Shown here one piece after another: positions 47,026 to 56,917 of a stretch of DNA of 64,000 nt (positions are counted from its first letter, which is position 1; each line of letters opens with the position of its first letter). The stretch comes from a virus. A model generated the notes under the pieces. It was not told where the DNA came from. It saw nothing but the letters and a program-made list of their open reading frames with translations, and ran no database searches. Position numbers and translations under genes: made by a program. The stretch lies in IMG/VR virus record IMGVR_UViG_3300042374_001687, positions 32,001 to 96,000 of that record, one strand, 5' to 3'.

Positions 47026-48435
47026 CTAGGACAGAAATCTTCTTTGAAGCTTATTGTTTTCCACATACCACATCTTGCCTTTCCCAATGGAGTCGGATAT
47101 GCCCATGAGGCAAGCCGCGGTGGATTCTTTAATTTGATTTTCATCTGGCTTGATTTCGGCCACAAGTCTACCCTTGTTGTCAAATTCATAATACTCGTCG
47201 GATGGAATATCTATCTCAAAGTCCTCATTAGAGACGGATAGTCCCGAAACCAATGGCAATTCGCTAAATTTAATCGCCTTTTGGCCCTTGACGCAAACCG
47301 TCGTGATTCTGCTATTTTTAAAAACGCTGTCGTTCTTTTTGAGGCTTCTGGCAACATCCTTCCAGGACAAGTTAGACAAGGCCTTTATCTCATTTTGCTT
47401 TATCAAGCCCCATTCTACGAAAACATCCTTTACAATCTTTGAATATGTGGCCCCCTTTGAGGAGGCGACGGCAACCATCGCCATCGCCAAGTTGGAATAG
47501 TAGTCTACCACTCTTCCCGTGTTTGGAATTGCTTGGGCCATTATTGAAAATGAAACATCGCGGGCTGTTTTTGCAGCAGTAAGCTGATCGACCTTCAAAG
47601 ACATTTGTTGTTCGTATATCCGGACGAATATCTCGTACCAGGCGGCCGAAAAAACTCTTCCGAAACTGTGACACTCGGCTGCAAGCTGGTTGTTTGGGGC
47701 ATCTTTCGGGAGTCCGGCAGGATTGACATATTTGAATTTTTCTATGGCCGGATCCCTCAACGAATTGGGGAGGCATGTTCTGTCTTTGGATATTTTGCTT
47801 ATTAATATTCCGATTTCTTCGGCAAGTCTTGAAATTATATTGGAACTCCTCAAATCTCCATTGTTTTCCTTGAGGGCGGCGACCAAGGCCATTTCGTAAT
47901 TCATCATGTTGAACATCGCGACGATGTCCGAAAAAGCCTCGTGAAAAGACCATATCTCCAAGGATTGAACGCTCCAGAAATCGGGCCTCATGGAATCAAG
48001 AATAGCATGACCTAATTCGTGCGTCACTATATCTTGTGAGTCGCCGAAATAATAGTTCTTCCCTGAGTGCCTGTAGTAAAAGAACCTGAGCGAAGCTCTG
48101 TCGTAATAGGCATTCAAATCAGATCCGGCGGCGGGAATCACCTGGAGGAGGTTTGTGGCGGCCCAATTTTTAACCGGCGTCTTAAGATGGCTTTGGACTT
48201 TCTCTATGCAGTTCCCGACGGATATGTGGCAATTGGCGGCTCTTGTTTCATCCTCATTTTTGGGGACGGGATTAAAGCCTTTGACTGCATATTTAAGGAG
48301 TCCCGACTTTGGAAAAGTGAAATTCTCAACGAGGTTGGGAGTGGTCGGATCGTTGATCGTGTATTTTCCCAAAAATCGGGCCACATCAGAATGAATTCTC
48401 TCAAGTGCCGACAACTCAAACAGCTTCTTGAACAT
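47026..48435 (-). CDS. zinc metalloprotease (gluzincin, M4/M36-like)
   Basis: NAYYD, DIVTHELGHAILD (HExxH), FHEAFSDI (third ligand), LRD and ECHS.G.VF. Confidence 0.88.
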   Translation of the reverse strand: MFKKLFELSALERIHSDVARFLGKYTINDPTTPNLVENFTFPKSGLLKYAVKGFNPVPKNEDETRAANCHISVGNCIEKVQSHLKTPVKNWAATNLLQVIPAAGSDLNAYYDRASLRFFYYRHSGKNYYFGDSQDIVTHELGHAILDSMRPDFWSVQSLEIWSFHEAFSDIVAMFNMMNYEMALVAALKENNGDLRSSNIISRLAEEIGILISKISKDRTCLPNSLRDPAIEKFKYVNPAGLPKDAPNNQLAAECHSFGRVFSAAWYEIFVRIYEQQMSLKVDQLTAAKTARDVSFSIMAQAIPNTGRVVDYYSNLAMAMVAVASSKGATYSKIVKDVFVEWGLIKQNEIKALSNLSWKDVARSLKKNDSVFKNSRITTVCVKGQKAIKFSELPLVSGLSVSNEDFEIDIPSDEYYEFDNKGRLVAEIKPDENQIKESTAACLMGISDSIGKGKMWYVENNKLQRRFLS

Positions 48436-48485
48436 ACAACCTCCTTGTTTTTGTTCCCAAAGATATCTAGATACTAAGATCAAAA

Positions 48486-49028
48486 ATGTACAATCAATTT
48501 TCAACAATGTGCAAGAATCAAGAAGTAGAGGCGCAGATTAAATCGCTCATAGGAGAGAAGGAACTGCGAGAGTACAGAAACTTTGCCTTCAAGGATGACA
48601 TGTTGAAGTTGTCTGTGGGGATAATACTTGGGAACTCTTTCAATAAGGTTGTGCATGGGATATCGGATTATCTTGTCATGCCTATATTCACATTTTTGGT
48701 TTCAAAGACGGGGGATGGATGGAGGAATTGGACATTCACTCCCGTGAAGGGGCTGAATTTTGAGTTGGGACACCTTTTCGGCGTATTTTTTGACTTTCTG
48801 CTAATATCGATGCTGCTCTATGTCTTCTATATTAAGTTGATTGGGCAGATCGTAAATCGAGAAGTACCGAGCCTTAAGAACTGCCCTCACTGTTGTGGGC
48901 GCATAAATGCGGCTGCGAGAAAATGTCCGTTGTGTACGGGAGACATGATCGTAGAAGGAGATCCAATTGTCAAAACAAGAAGAACTAGAAGCAAGGATAC
49001 GAGAGCAAAGAACCGTAGAGGCAAATAA
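48486..49028 (+). CDS. mscL: large-conductance mechanosensitive channel homolog with C-terminal Zn ribbon
   Basis: LREYRNFAFKDDMLKLSVGIILGNSFNKVV..I...LVMP (S1+TM1), LG.LF..FFDFLLI..LLY (TM2) and CPHC...ARKCPLCT. Confidence 0.85.
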   Translation: MYNQFSTMCKNQEVEAQIKSLIGEKELREYRNFAFKDDMLKLSVGIILGNSFNKVVHGISDYLVMPIFTFLVSKTGDGWRNWTFTPVKGLNFELGHLFGVFFDFLLISMLLYVFYIKLIGQIVNREVPSLKNCPHCCGRINAAARKCPLCTGDMIVEGDPIVKTRRTRSKDTRAKNRRGK

Positions 49029-49581
49029 AAAAGGACTCATCGGTCAGAACGGAAAGATAGGGGTTGTGCTAAAGATGATGGGTCAGCCGATAGTGTCCCA
49101 CTCTGAGGGCGGAGCATATGTGGACACAAACTATCTAGAGTACGAGGAGGAAGCCGGTGAGCCTAGAAGTTCCGCTGAACTTCTAGAAAAAATCCCCATC
49201 ATGAACATTGATGGAAGCTTAAGGCCTGAAACTGCCGAGTGGGCTCAACTAGCCGATCCGGTTTCGTATGGGATATACAATGTGGGGTGGTATTTTGATG
49301 GCCTCAGTCGGGGAATGCACCTTGAAATAAAATACATGGACTCAGAGGCGGAACTTGTTGTCTTGCACAAGGGATATGTGGTGTACAAAGAGATAAAGGG
49401 AGAGATCGTTTCCTATGTTCCAAAAGATGAGTGGGAGGGCTGGGTAAACAATTTGTACAATAAGGCAAAAGACATGCAGAGAAAGATGAAGGAAAATGAA
49501 TTTGAGGAGCAAGTGAGAGAGTCGGAGAGAAAAAAGAAAAGTTGGTGGTCGGAAATGAAATCAAGGTGGGGAATAGAGTGA
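48967..49581 (+). CDS. hypothetical protein
   Basis: TTG start with AGGAG RBS, 204 aa, overlapping the mscL tail. Confidence 0.65.
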   Translation: MSKQEELEARIREQRTVEANKKGLIGQNGKIGVVLKMMGQPIVSHSEGGAYVDTNYLEYEEEAGEPRSSAELLEKIPIMNIDGSLRPETAEWAQLADPVSYGIYNVGWYFDGLSRGMHLEIKYMDSEAELVVLHKGYVVYKEIKGEIVSYVPKDEWEGWVNNLYNKAKDMQRKMKENEFEEQVRESERKKKSWWSEMKSRWGIE

Positions 49582-49584
49582 AAC

Positions 49585-49614
49585 AAAAAAGCCCAGATTT
49601 TGAAATCTGGGCTT
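49585..49614 (-). terminator. intrinsic terminator between convergent genes
   Basis: AAGCCCAGATTT-TG-AAATCTGGGCTT inverted repeat with an A6 tract (T6 on the minus strand). Confidence 0.75.
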
Positions 49615-49643
49615 GAAATTAAGCTACGGCCGTGCGTTGTAGG

Positions 49644-50036
49644 TCACATGAAAAAAATGATATACGCCAAGACCAAAACTTGTAGTCCCACGATGGCGCC
49701 AAATACATACATATCGTAGCGGGTCTTTGACTTAATCTTATCCTCAACGACTAGTTGCATGGGCGACTTGTGAGAAACCGACGCGGCGGACGAGAGACCT
49801 TCCGATCTGCCTTGGTCGCAGCACACTCTTTCCGAGATTCTGTTGATCACCTCTCCTGTGACCTCATCGAATGTTTCGGTCTCTCTTTCACAGACGCAAT
49901 AGTGCTCGATGACTCTCTGCGCCAGCTTTTTCTGCGGCTTGGGCTCAACAAATACTTCAGTAACCCTAGTCAGCGAATCAGGTGTATTCTCCACCTTCTC
50001 GGCCTTTCTTCCGTCATCAAGCGTGAATTCAGACAT
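49644..50036 (-). CDS. protein with C-terminal membrane anchor
   Basis: AAGGAGG RBS and C-terminal YVFGAIVGLQVLVLAYIIFFM. Confidence 0.7.
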   Translation of the reverse strand: MSEFTLDDGRKAEKVENTPDSLTRVTEVFVEPKPQKKLAQRVIEHYCVCERETETFDEVTGEVINRISERVCCDQGRSEGLSSAASVSHKSPMQLVVEDKIKSKTRYDMYVFGAIVGLQVLVLAYIIFFM

Positions 50037-50116
50037 TTAGTCCTCCTTGTTTAATACCCACGCGCCTTCTATGTGTATTTATAATTGATCGTCAAGAAAA
50101 AATTGAATTTTGGTAC

Positions 50117-50150
50117 AAAAAAACCCCCCTGGCCGAAGCCAGGGGGGTTT
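50117..50150 (-). terminator. intrinsic terminator
   Basis: AAACCCCCCTGGC-CGAA-GCCAGGGGGGTTT perfect stem, with a TTCG loop and T tract on the minus strand. Confidence 0.88.
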
Positions 50151-50173
50151 GTAACAATCAAAAAGGAGTCAGA

Positions 50174-50452
50174 TCAAGCACCGTGAACGATGAGATCGGT
50201 CAAGGTGTGCTTGCTGAGCGTGGACTTAACTCCTCCCTTAACCGGAGCAATTTCGCTCTTCTTAAAGGACTTGATGGGAGCATCCTGGAGCCGGGTGCAA
50301 ACCGTGTTGCCCCTGCGAAGGACATATCCCTTCACCACATCGCCCTTGTTCTCAACGACCGCAATGGTCGTGCGAATGGGCTTGCTGTGGGTTCCCTTGT
50401 AAAAGAACTTCCAGACCGGGAGGTTTCTGACCAAACAATAACCTGTCGACAT
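50174..50452 (-). CDS. small WYL/SH3-like protein
   Basis: FFY.G.....R.........GY.LR........IKSF..S.I is a WYL-like pattern. AAGGAG RBS. Confidence 0.55.
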   Translation of the reverse strand: MSTGYCLVRNLPVWKFFYKGTHSKPIRTTIAVVENKGDVVKGYVLRRGNTVCTRLQDAPIKSFKKSEIAPVKGGVKSTLSKHTLTDLIVHGA

Positions 50453-50509
50453 TGATTGAACTCCTTTCTTAAAGTTCAGGTATAGAGACATCTTATCAGA
50501 TCTGTTCTG

Positions 50510-50971
50510 CTAGTCAATAGCATTTTCTAGCATTTCAAGAATATTGTCAGCATCGCCCCTGCTGTCCAGGATCTGATCTTCCAGAAACAGGGCGACATAA
50601 GTGGCATCAACATCGCAAGAGCCGATATTTTCAGCCTGGCTATGACGAAGGACATAGTTATTCACCACATCGTTCTCCATTTGCAATGCGGCTTCCAGAA
50701 GAGCCTTCGGGCAAGTCATTCCGGACTTAAAAGATCCGACATCGGACGGGACTCCACCTGCGATGCCTCGCCTGGTCTTCAGGCCAGTGATGAGCCTTCT
50801 GAACTGCTCTATGTGCTTCATTTCGCTGGCGGCTTGCTCCAAGAAGAACTCGCTCAGTTCTTGCCGGTGCAATCCCCGCACATTAGTGGCCGCTTGCATG
50901 TAAAAATGCCAATGTGCATATTCATTAGAAAGATCTAAAGTTAGTAGATCCACGAGTTCTTCAATTGTCAT
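50510..50971 (-). CDS. ferritin/bacterioferritin-like protein
   Basis: L..DLSNEY.H..FY, EEMxH-like SEMKH and MENDVVNNY form a four-helix diiron pattern. Confidence 0.82.
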   Translation of the reverse strand: MTIEELVDLLTLDLSNEYAHWHFYMQAATNVRGLHRQELSEFFLEQAASEMKHIEQFRRLITGLKTRRGIAGGVPSDVGSFKSGMTCPKALLEAALQMENDVVNNYVLRHSQAENIGSCDVDATYVALFLEDQILDSRGDADNILEMLENAID

Positions 50972-51252
50972 TGGTCGCCTTTCTTTGTAAACATAGGTTC
51001 GCCATCCACATCGAATCCGCAGATTTCTACGGATCCCATTATGAAGTTTTTAAAAAGTATTTGGCCGATTCGCACATGGCCGCACCAGGCCACAACCTTC
51101 AGAACATCATCTAGTTCGGACATGCCTTGATTGAGACAAGCCGATACTATTTGATTGGTCTCTTCGTCTGAAAGGGACACATACCTTTTTTGATTATCGT
51201 CCCAGTGCAGGTCATCGGCGGGAATCAAATTGTTTAGAATATGATGATACAT
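50968..51252 (-). CDS. hypothetical protein
   Basis: 94 aa, with an ATGA-type overlap into ferritin. Confidence 0.6.
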   Translation of the reverse strand: MYHHILNNLIPADDLHWDDNQKRYVSLSDEETNQIVSACLNQGMSELDDVLKVVAWCGHVRIGQILFKNFIMGSVEICGFDVDGEPMFTKKGDQ

Positions 51253-51275
51253 GATTTGGCCTTGTTGCCAATATC

Positions 51276-51491
51276 TTATTGATTCCTTCCGTGCCGGTCA
51301 ATGTCAAAAAATTTAATAGAACGGGCCTTCCACTTTTCCCACCACTGCTTCGTGAAAAATGCCGAAGTTGCATATATCACGCCGCCCATTATGGTTTTAA
51401 TCAGCCAAAATGAAGCACAGGTCACGACGATAAACCTTCTTTTGTCGCCCAAATCGTTTTTGTTTTCCATACCAATATCTATTTTGGACAC
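51276..51491 (-). CDS. small membrane protein
   Basis: Hydrophobic FIVVTCASFWLIKTIMGGVIYATSAFF. Start uncertain. Confidence 0.45.
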   Translation of the reverse strand: MSKIDIGMENKNDLGDKRRFIVVTCASFWLIKTIMGGVIYATSAFFTKQWWEKWKARSIKFFDIDRHGRNQ

Positions 51492-51505
51492 ATATAATAG
51501 AATGT

Positions 51506-53320
51506 ATGCAAAATGGAAAAAATCAATTTCCCGAGGGGTTGGCCTATCCCACCGAGCCTTTTGAAGACTTTTATTTCAAATTTCGGAATACAAAGGAGAT
51601 GATCGAACATCCCGAATGGGATGAAATTTATTCAACTTATTACGAACTAGATCCCTACGAAATCGGAATTCCCGTGGGCGAGAAAGTTGAAGATCTTAAT
51701 TCCTTCCCCGCCGAGAAGCAGATAGAAGAGGTCATAAAGTGCGCAAAAAGTTTCTTCTATTTTTGCCACCGCTATGTGAAAATCCTACACCCAAAGTTCG
51801 GAACGATCCCATTTGTGCTCTACAAATACCAGCGGAGGGTCATAAAGGAGTACGAATCCAAAAGATTCAACATGATAAGCAAGTTCCGACAGGGGGGTCT
51901 AAGCACCGTCACGGTTCTCTGGGGACTTTGGAAGTGCATGTTCCAAAAAGACCAGCAGATATACTTTCTGTCAAAGACGGACCGAGAGGCTCTGGCCGCA
52001 GGTGATATAGCCAGAAGGGCCATGGACAACTTTCCTTACTGGATGTATGACAAAAATAACGCAGACATAACAAAGCACGAGAAGAGTTTCAACGATGTAG
52101 GGTCAAAAATATGTTTCTATACGCCCGAGGCGGCTCGAGGCAAGTCTGCCACATACATCATGATAGACGAGGCGGCATTCATAGAAAAAATGGACGAACA
52201 CTGGAAAGCGATGTATCCCGTGATCGCAACGGGAGGACACATAGAGATAATCTCTACCGTCAATGGTTTGGGGAACTGGTATGAGGAGACATACCATGAG
52301 GCCCAGGCCGGGAGAAATTTTTTTAACATCATAGACTTGGACTACTGGGAGCACCCCGTGTATGCGAATCCCGAATGGGCGGCTGCCATGAGGGCGAACT
52401 TGGGGGAAAAGGGGTGGCAACAAGAAGTGCTGCGAGATTTCTTGGGCTCGGGCGATACTTACATATCTTCAAATGTGATAAGCCAATACGACAGAGGAGC
52501 CAGAAGTACGGTTCCTGTCAGGACCGCCTTTTCTAAATGGACAAATGAATCGCAGCAAAAGCAGCAGTGGGATGACGGTGCCTTGTGGATATGGAAAGAG
52601 CCAATGGTGGGGCACGAGTACATAATAGGTGCGGACTGTGCCGAGGGAGTCGGAAAGGACGGCGACAACTCGTGCTTCCAGATAATAGACGCGGTTAGTC
52701 TAGAACAAGTCGCCGAATTCTACAGCAATTTGGTTCCTCCAAATGTATTCGCCCAGATAATAAACCAGATAGGCATATACTACAACACGGCGACCGTGGT
52801 GGTAGAAAACAATTCAGTAGGAGGTGCGGTCTTAAACAGCTTGAGCAACGACATGGGGTACGAAGCTCTCTATTATGAAAGTAGAAAGTCATCCACCAAG
52901 TTGGGAATCAAAATGGGCCCCTCTAACAGACCAATATTCCTGGAGGCTATGCAGAACAGACTCATGAATGGAACGGTCAGGATAAACAGTCATCGTTTAG
53001 TGAACGAGCTGAAGACCTTCATATACAGCCCCCAGAAAAAGCGAGCCGAGGCGATAAAAGGAAAGCACGACGACGCAATCATGGCCTTGTGCCTCGCTCT
53101 GTATGTCAGGGACGAAAGAATAAGGGGATTGCCTCTGGACATTGAGTACGCGGAACAATCTATACTTGCAAAAAACAGACCAGTAGATGACATAAAAAAA
53201 GAGATACTCGAGGGAGGAGTTTCTGACTGGTTTGAGATAAGATCTGGGGAGGACTCTTTTGCCGAGGATAAGCAAGACAGCAGAAAAAACAGTCCTATAC
53301 TCAAGGAATTTGGATGGTAG
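51506..53320 (+). CDS. terminase large subunit (T4 gp17-like)
   Basis: F.LYKYQ, KFRQGGLST (Walker A), MIDEAAF (Walker B), ISTVNG, GADCAEG..D, VVENN and HDDAIMAL (RNase H nuclease). Confidence 0.95.
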   Translation: MQNGKNQFPEGLAYPTEPFEDFYFKFRNTKEMIEHPEWDEIYSTYYELDPYEIGIPVGEKVEDLNSFPAEKQIEEVIKCAKSFFYFCHRYVKILHPKFGTIPFVLYKYQRRVIKEYESKRFNMISKFRQGGLSTVTVLWGLWKCMFQKDQQIYFLSKTDREALAAGDIARRAMDNFPYWMYDKNNADITKHEKSFNDVGSKICFYTPEAARGKSATYIMIDEAAFIEKMDEHWKAMYPVIATGGHIEIISTVNGLGNWYEETYHEAQAGRNFFNIIDLDYWEHPVYANPEWAAAMRANLGEKGWQQEVLRDFLGSGDTYISSNVISQYDRGARSTVPVRTAFSKWTNESQQKQQWDDGALWIWKEPMVGHEYIIGADCAEGVGKDGDNSCFQIIDAVSLEQVAEFYSNLVPPNVFAQIINQIGIYYNTATVVVENNSVGGAVLNSLSNDMGYEALYYESRKSSTKLGIKMGPSNRPIFLEAMQNRLMNGTVRINSHRLVNELKTFIYSPQKKRAEAIKGKHDDAIMALCLALYVRDERIRGLPLDIEYAEQSILAKNRPVDDIKKEILEGGVSDWFEIRSGEDSFAEDKQDSRKNSPILKEFGW

Positions 53321-53333
53321 AAAGGGGGCTTGA

Positions 53334-53624
53334 TTGAAAAACGAAGAGATGAAGAGAGTGATAGGAAGGGCTATTGAATGTTGCACGGGGCATCACATGC
53401 AAGGGGTGAAGCGAAAGTTGATTGGCGTATTGCATGAAATATCAGAAATAGAAGATAAAAAAGTGCGAAGAAGGTCTGTGGACGATATTTACAAGCAGTG
53501 GACGGCAGAAAAATCCTCATCGGTCGCCAAGATGAGCGAAGTTCAAGCTAAAAACGCTCTCGGCGAAATAGAGAACATGATCAATACAGAGCACAGAAAG
53601 ATCGGGGGGGGCGGAGAGCGATAG
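53334..53624 (+). CDS. hypothetical protein
   Basis: 96-aa helical ORF after TerL. Confidence 0.5.
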   Translation: MKNEEMKRVIGRAIECCTGHHMQGVKRKLIGVLHEISEIEDKKVRRRSVDDIYKQWTAEKSSSVAKMSEVQAKNALGEIENMINTEHRKIGGGGER

Positions 53625-53631
53625 AGGCACG

Positions 53632-53754
53632 CTAATGGACTGAGGCGGCGATCAGCCAGTCCCAGTTCAATCCAATCAAATAGCCCACAAGAAAAGCAAG
53701 AGCACACACAAAGACGACGGCGTTGTTGGCTAAAAATTTAAAAATATGTTCCAT
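53632..53754 (-). CDS. 40-aa membrane peptide (not in the ORF track)
   Basis: Hand-translated MEHIFKFLANNAVVFVCALAFLVGYLIGLNWDWLIAASVH. Confidence 0.45.
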   Translation of the reverse strand: MEHIFKFLANNAVVFVCALAFLVGYLIGLNWDWLIAASVH

Positions 53755-54001
53755 TGATGTCGTTTCCTATTCTTTTGGTCGTAATGTCACGGACCGTTTG
53801 CAACCACAAAATTTCTTTTTCTGACATTTCAACATTTGAAGTCAAGACGAAGTCGGCCCCGATCCATTCGCCTATCTGCTCCTTCGTTCCATCTTTGCGA
53901 CGCTTTAAGAGCACATATTTATCCAATGATTTCATTTGATAGTCTTCCATGAAGTAGTTGGTAGACTCAATATTGCCGAAATCGCACTTGTAGTGGATCA
54001 C
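53738..54001 (-). CDS. hypothetical protein
   Basis: 87-aa ORF, start uncertain. Confidence 0.4.
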   Translation of the reverse strand: MIHYKCDFGNIESTNYFMEDYQMKSLDKYVLLKRRKDGTKEQIGEWIGADFVLTSNVEMSEKEILWLQTVRDITTKRIGNDINGTYF

Positions 54002-54113
54002 ATTTTTTCCTATTCATCTAAAAACGGAATTATAGCAGAGATTGCGGCAATAAACAATGCCCAATCCGATATATATGAATAGAGATGATATCCATTAAAC
54101 AAGGAGGTTTAAA

Positions 54114-54416
54114 ATGGATGCAAGAACAAGACTTGAGATGGCCAGAGGCAAGGTGGCCAATGCAAAAAAAATGCAAGCGGAAATAATTTCCGCCACTCAA
54201 CAGATTCAAGATCTTGAAGACAGAACGATAGAAAACTCTTCTGCTCTCGTGAAATACAGACAAAATTTTACTGTGCCTGCGGTCTGGGTTCCTAAGCAAG
54301 GCATAAGAATATCAAACATACCTCAGATCCCAGCAGAAAAGATATCAAATATTAGTACATACATTCAAGCCAACGTTAAAAGAATTGACGGTGGCGATCT
54401 TGATGAGACTGGGTGA
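54114..54416 (+). CDS. small fibre-associated protein
   Basis: AAGGAGG RBS. Ends in IDGG, like the adjacent fibre (LDGG). Confidence 0.6.
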   Translation: MDARTRLEMARGKVANAKKMQAEIISATQQIQDLEDRTIENSSALVKYRQNFTVPAVWVPKQGIRISNIPQIPAEKISNISTYIQANVKRIDGGDLDETG

Positions 54417-54443
54417 TTTGCAATAACCAAGGAGAAAAAGAAG

Positions 54444-56420
54444 ATGGCAGCAGAAACAATTATTCAGATACGCAGAGGTCTTGCGGCAACATGGACGGAG
54501 CTCAATCCGGTCCTGGCGGCTGGCGAGATGGGTCTGGAGACGGACACAAAGAAGGCCAAGATCGGCAACGGCTCGACCGCTTGGAATAGCTTGGCCTATT
54601 CAATCGGCCAAGTTGACAACATCAATTTTAGCGGCAACACGATCAGCTCCACCGACGCGAACGGCGACATAACGCTCGATCCGAACGGAACGGGCGACGT
54701 CAGAATTGCCGACAGTGCTGACCTGTATGTCGGTGGCGATGTCTATGCGAACAACAAGAGACTAGCGACCTTGGAGTATGTTGACGCTGTCAAGCAAGGC
54801 TTGGACGTCAAGGATTCGGTCAGGGTTGCGACGACTGGAAACATCACATTGTCGGGCGAGCAGGAAGTTGACGGCGTATCCTTGGTCGCCGGTAACCGCG
54901 TGCTAGTCAAGAATCAGACCACAGCCAGCCAGAACGGCATTTATGTCGTTGCTGCTGGTTCTTGGACGAGAGCCGACGATGCCAACGCCGATGCCGATGT
55001 TACATCTGGTCTCTTCACATTCGTGGAGCAAGGCACGGTTAATCAGGACAGCGGTTGGGTTTTGACCACAGACGGGGCGATCACAGTCGGAACGACCTCG
55101 CTTGCTTTCGCGCAGTTTAGTGGTGCGGGCTCGGTTACAGCCGGCGCCGGCCTCACAAAGAGTGGAAACACTCTTGATGTTGGCGGCACTGCTGACAGAA
55201 TCACTGTCAATTCCGACAGCGTCGACATTGCCAGCACCTATGCCGGTCAGTCCAGCATCACCACGCTCGGCACGGTGACGACGGGAACTTGGAATGGTAC
55301 AACGGTCGGGCTCAGCTATGGCGGCACGGGAGCTACGGACGCCTCGGGTGCTCGCTCAAACCTCGGCCTCGTGATCGGAACGGATGTTCAGGCGTACGAT
55401 GCTGAGTTGGCGGCTCTTGCCGGCACAACCAGTGCGGCTGACGCTCTTCCGTACTTCACAGGTGCGGGCACAGCGACGACAACAACGATGACGAGCTTTG
55501 CTCGTGGCCTTCTCGACGACACCAGCGCGTCGGACGCCCGCACAACGCTCGGCGTTGTGATCGGCACCGACGTTCAGGCGTACGATGCTGAGTTGGCTGC
55601 TATCGCTGGCCTGACCAGCGCTGCTGACGCTCTCCCGTACTTCACGGGTGCGGGCACAGCTGCGGTGACCACGCTGTCCAGCTTCGGCAGATCGCTTGTT
55701 GACGACGCCAGTGCGTCGGACGCCCGCACAACGCTCGGCGTTGTGATCGGCACCGACGTTCAAGCGTACGATGCTGAGTTGGCTGCTATCGCTGGCCTGA
55801 CCAGCGCTGCTGACGCTCTCCCGTACTTCACGGGTGCGGGCACAGCTGCGGTGACCACGCTGTCCAGCTTCGGCAGATCGCTTGTTGACGACGCCAGTGC
55901 GTCGGACGCCCGCACAACGCTCGGCGTTGTGATCGGCACCGACGTTCAAGCGTACGATGCCGAACTCGCGGCCCTCGCGGGTCTGACAAGTGCTGCTGAC
56001 GCTCTCCCGTACTTCACAGGCACGGGAACAGCGGCGACAACGACGATGACGAGCTTTGCTCGTGGCCTCCTTGATGACGCAAGCGCGTCGGATGCCCGCA
56101 CAACGCTCGGCGTTGTGATCGGCACTGACGTTCAGGCGTACAACAGCACTCTTGCTGCTGTGGCTGCCGGAACCTACACGGGTGACGACAGCATCACGAC
56201 TGTCGGAACCGTGACGGCGGGCACATGGAATGCCAGCGTGGTCGGATCCACCTACGGTGGAACCGGGCTCTCGAGCTACGCTGCTGGCGATATCATCTAC
56301 GCCTCCGCGACGGACACCTTGGCCAAGTTGGCTAAGGGAACCGGCTACCAGTTCTTGAAGATGAACTCGGCCGGCACCGCTCCGGAATGGTCCAGCTCGC
56401 TGGACGGCGGCACCCCGTGA
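54444..56420 (+). CDS. tail fibre / head-fibre protein with Mtd-N-like N-terminus
   Basis: IQIRRG.AA.W...[28 protein letters not shown]-terminal motif, a [12 protein letters not shown]...RVLVKNQ...NGIY module and 62-aa repeats. Confidence 0.88.
   Translation: MAAETIIQIRRGLAATWTELNPVLAAGEMGLETDTKKAKIGNGSTAWNSLAYSIGQVDNINFSGNTISSTDANGDITLDPNGTGDVRIADSADLYVGGDVYANNKRLATLEYVDAVKQGLDVKDSVRVATTGNITLSGEQEVDGVSLVAGNRVLVKNQTTASQNGIYVVAAGSWTRADDANADADVTSGLFTFVEQGTVNQDSGWVLTTDGAITVGTTSLAFAQFSGAGSVTAGAGLTKSGNTLDVGGTADRITVNSDSVDIASTYAGQSSITTLGTVTTGTWNGTTVGLSYGGTGATDASGARSNLGLVIGTDVQAYDAELAALAGTTSAADALPYFTGAGTATTTTMTSFARGLLDDTSASDARTTLGVVIGTDVQAYDAELAAIAGLTSAADALPYFTGAGTAAVTTLSSFGRSLVDDASASDARTTLGVVIGTDVQAYDAELAAIAGLTSAADALPYFTGAGTAAVTTLSSFGRSLVDDASASDARTTLGVVIGTDVQAYDAELAALAGLTSAADALPYFTGTGTAATTTMTSFARGLLDDASASDARTTLGVVIGTDVQAYNSTLAAVAAGTYTGDDSITTVGTVTAGTWNASVVGSTYGGTGLSSYAAGDIIYASATDTLAKLAKGTGYQFLKMNSAGTAPEWSSSLDGGTP
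55362..56145 (+). repeat. 186-bp (62-aa) tandem coding repeat, 4 full copies plus a partial
   Basis: Units LG(L/V)[15 protein letters not shown]... start at 55362, 55548, 55734, 55920 and 56106. Copies 2 and 3 are nearly identical in DNA. Confidence 0.95.
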
Positions 56421-56447
56421 TTTGACTCACGGAGTTGATTCAAAAGG

Positions 56448-56481
56448 CGGCTCGCCCCGAAAGGGGCGGGCCGTTTTTTTT
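56448..56481 (+). terminator. intrinsic terminator after the fibre gene
   Basis: CGGCTCGCCCC-GAAA-GGGGCGGGCCG followed by T8. Confidence 0.9.
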
Positions 56482-56542
56482 GCTAGATAACCAAAGCAAT
56501 GGAGTGTTGTAAAACTAAATATGTTACACGAACAATCCAAGG

Positions 56543-56917
56543 ATGCAAATGTTTGAATACGAATATAATACAAAGATAAGGATCGTAGGTTGTGCTGAGA
56601 TAAAGTTAAAGAAAAACTTTTTGGCTTTGTTTCAAGTCGGATCAAAAGTTTATATTAAGAAAAATGCGAGGATCGGAGAAATGAGGTCGGTGGTCATAAA
56701 AAGATTCTCCAAGTCTCTGGCTCACAGTCTTAATGTGGAAAGCAATCCACAAATCATGTACACAGACACATTCAACAGGGTGTGGGCGGAGAATGAATTG
56801 TTATCAGAAGAAAACGCTGCGGATCAGGCGCTGTTGTATTTAAAGAACATACAAGAAGAAGGAAGGAGGCTATTTGAAGAAAATGGATGCTTCCCAATTA
56901 ACCCAGAAAACTGCTAG
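56543..56917 (+). CDS. hypothetical protein
   Basis: 124-aa ORF. Confidence 0.55.
   Translation: MQMFEYEYNTKIRIVGCAEIKLKKNFLALFQVGSKVYIKKNARIGEMRSVVIKRFSKSLAHSLNVESNPQIMYTDTFNRVWAENELLSEENAADQALLYLKNIQEEGRRLFEENGCFPINPENC

Noticed and set aside
54444-56420. Diversity-generating retroelement suggested by the Mtd-like N-terminus
   Set aside because: No reverse transcriptase, no TR/VR pair differing at adenines and no C-terminal CLec domain in the window.
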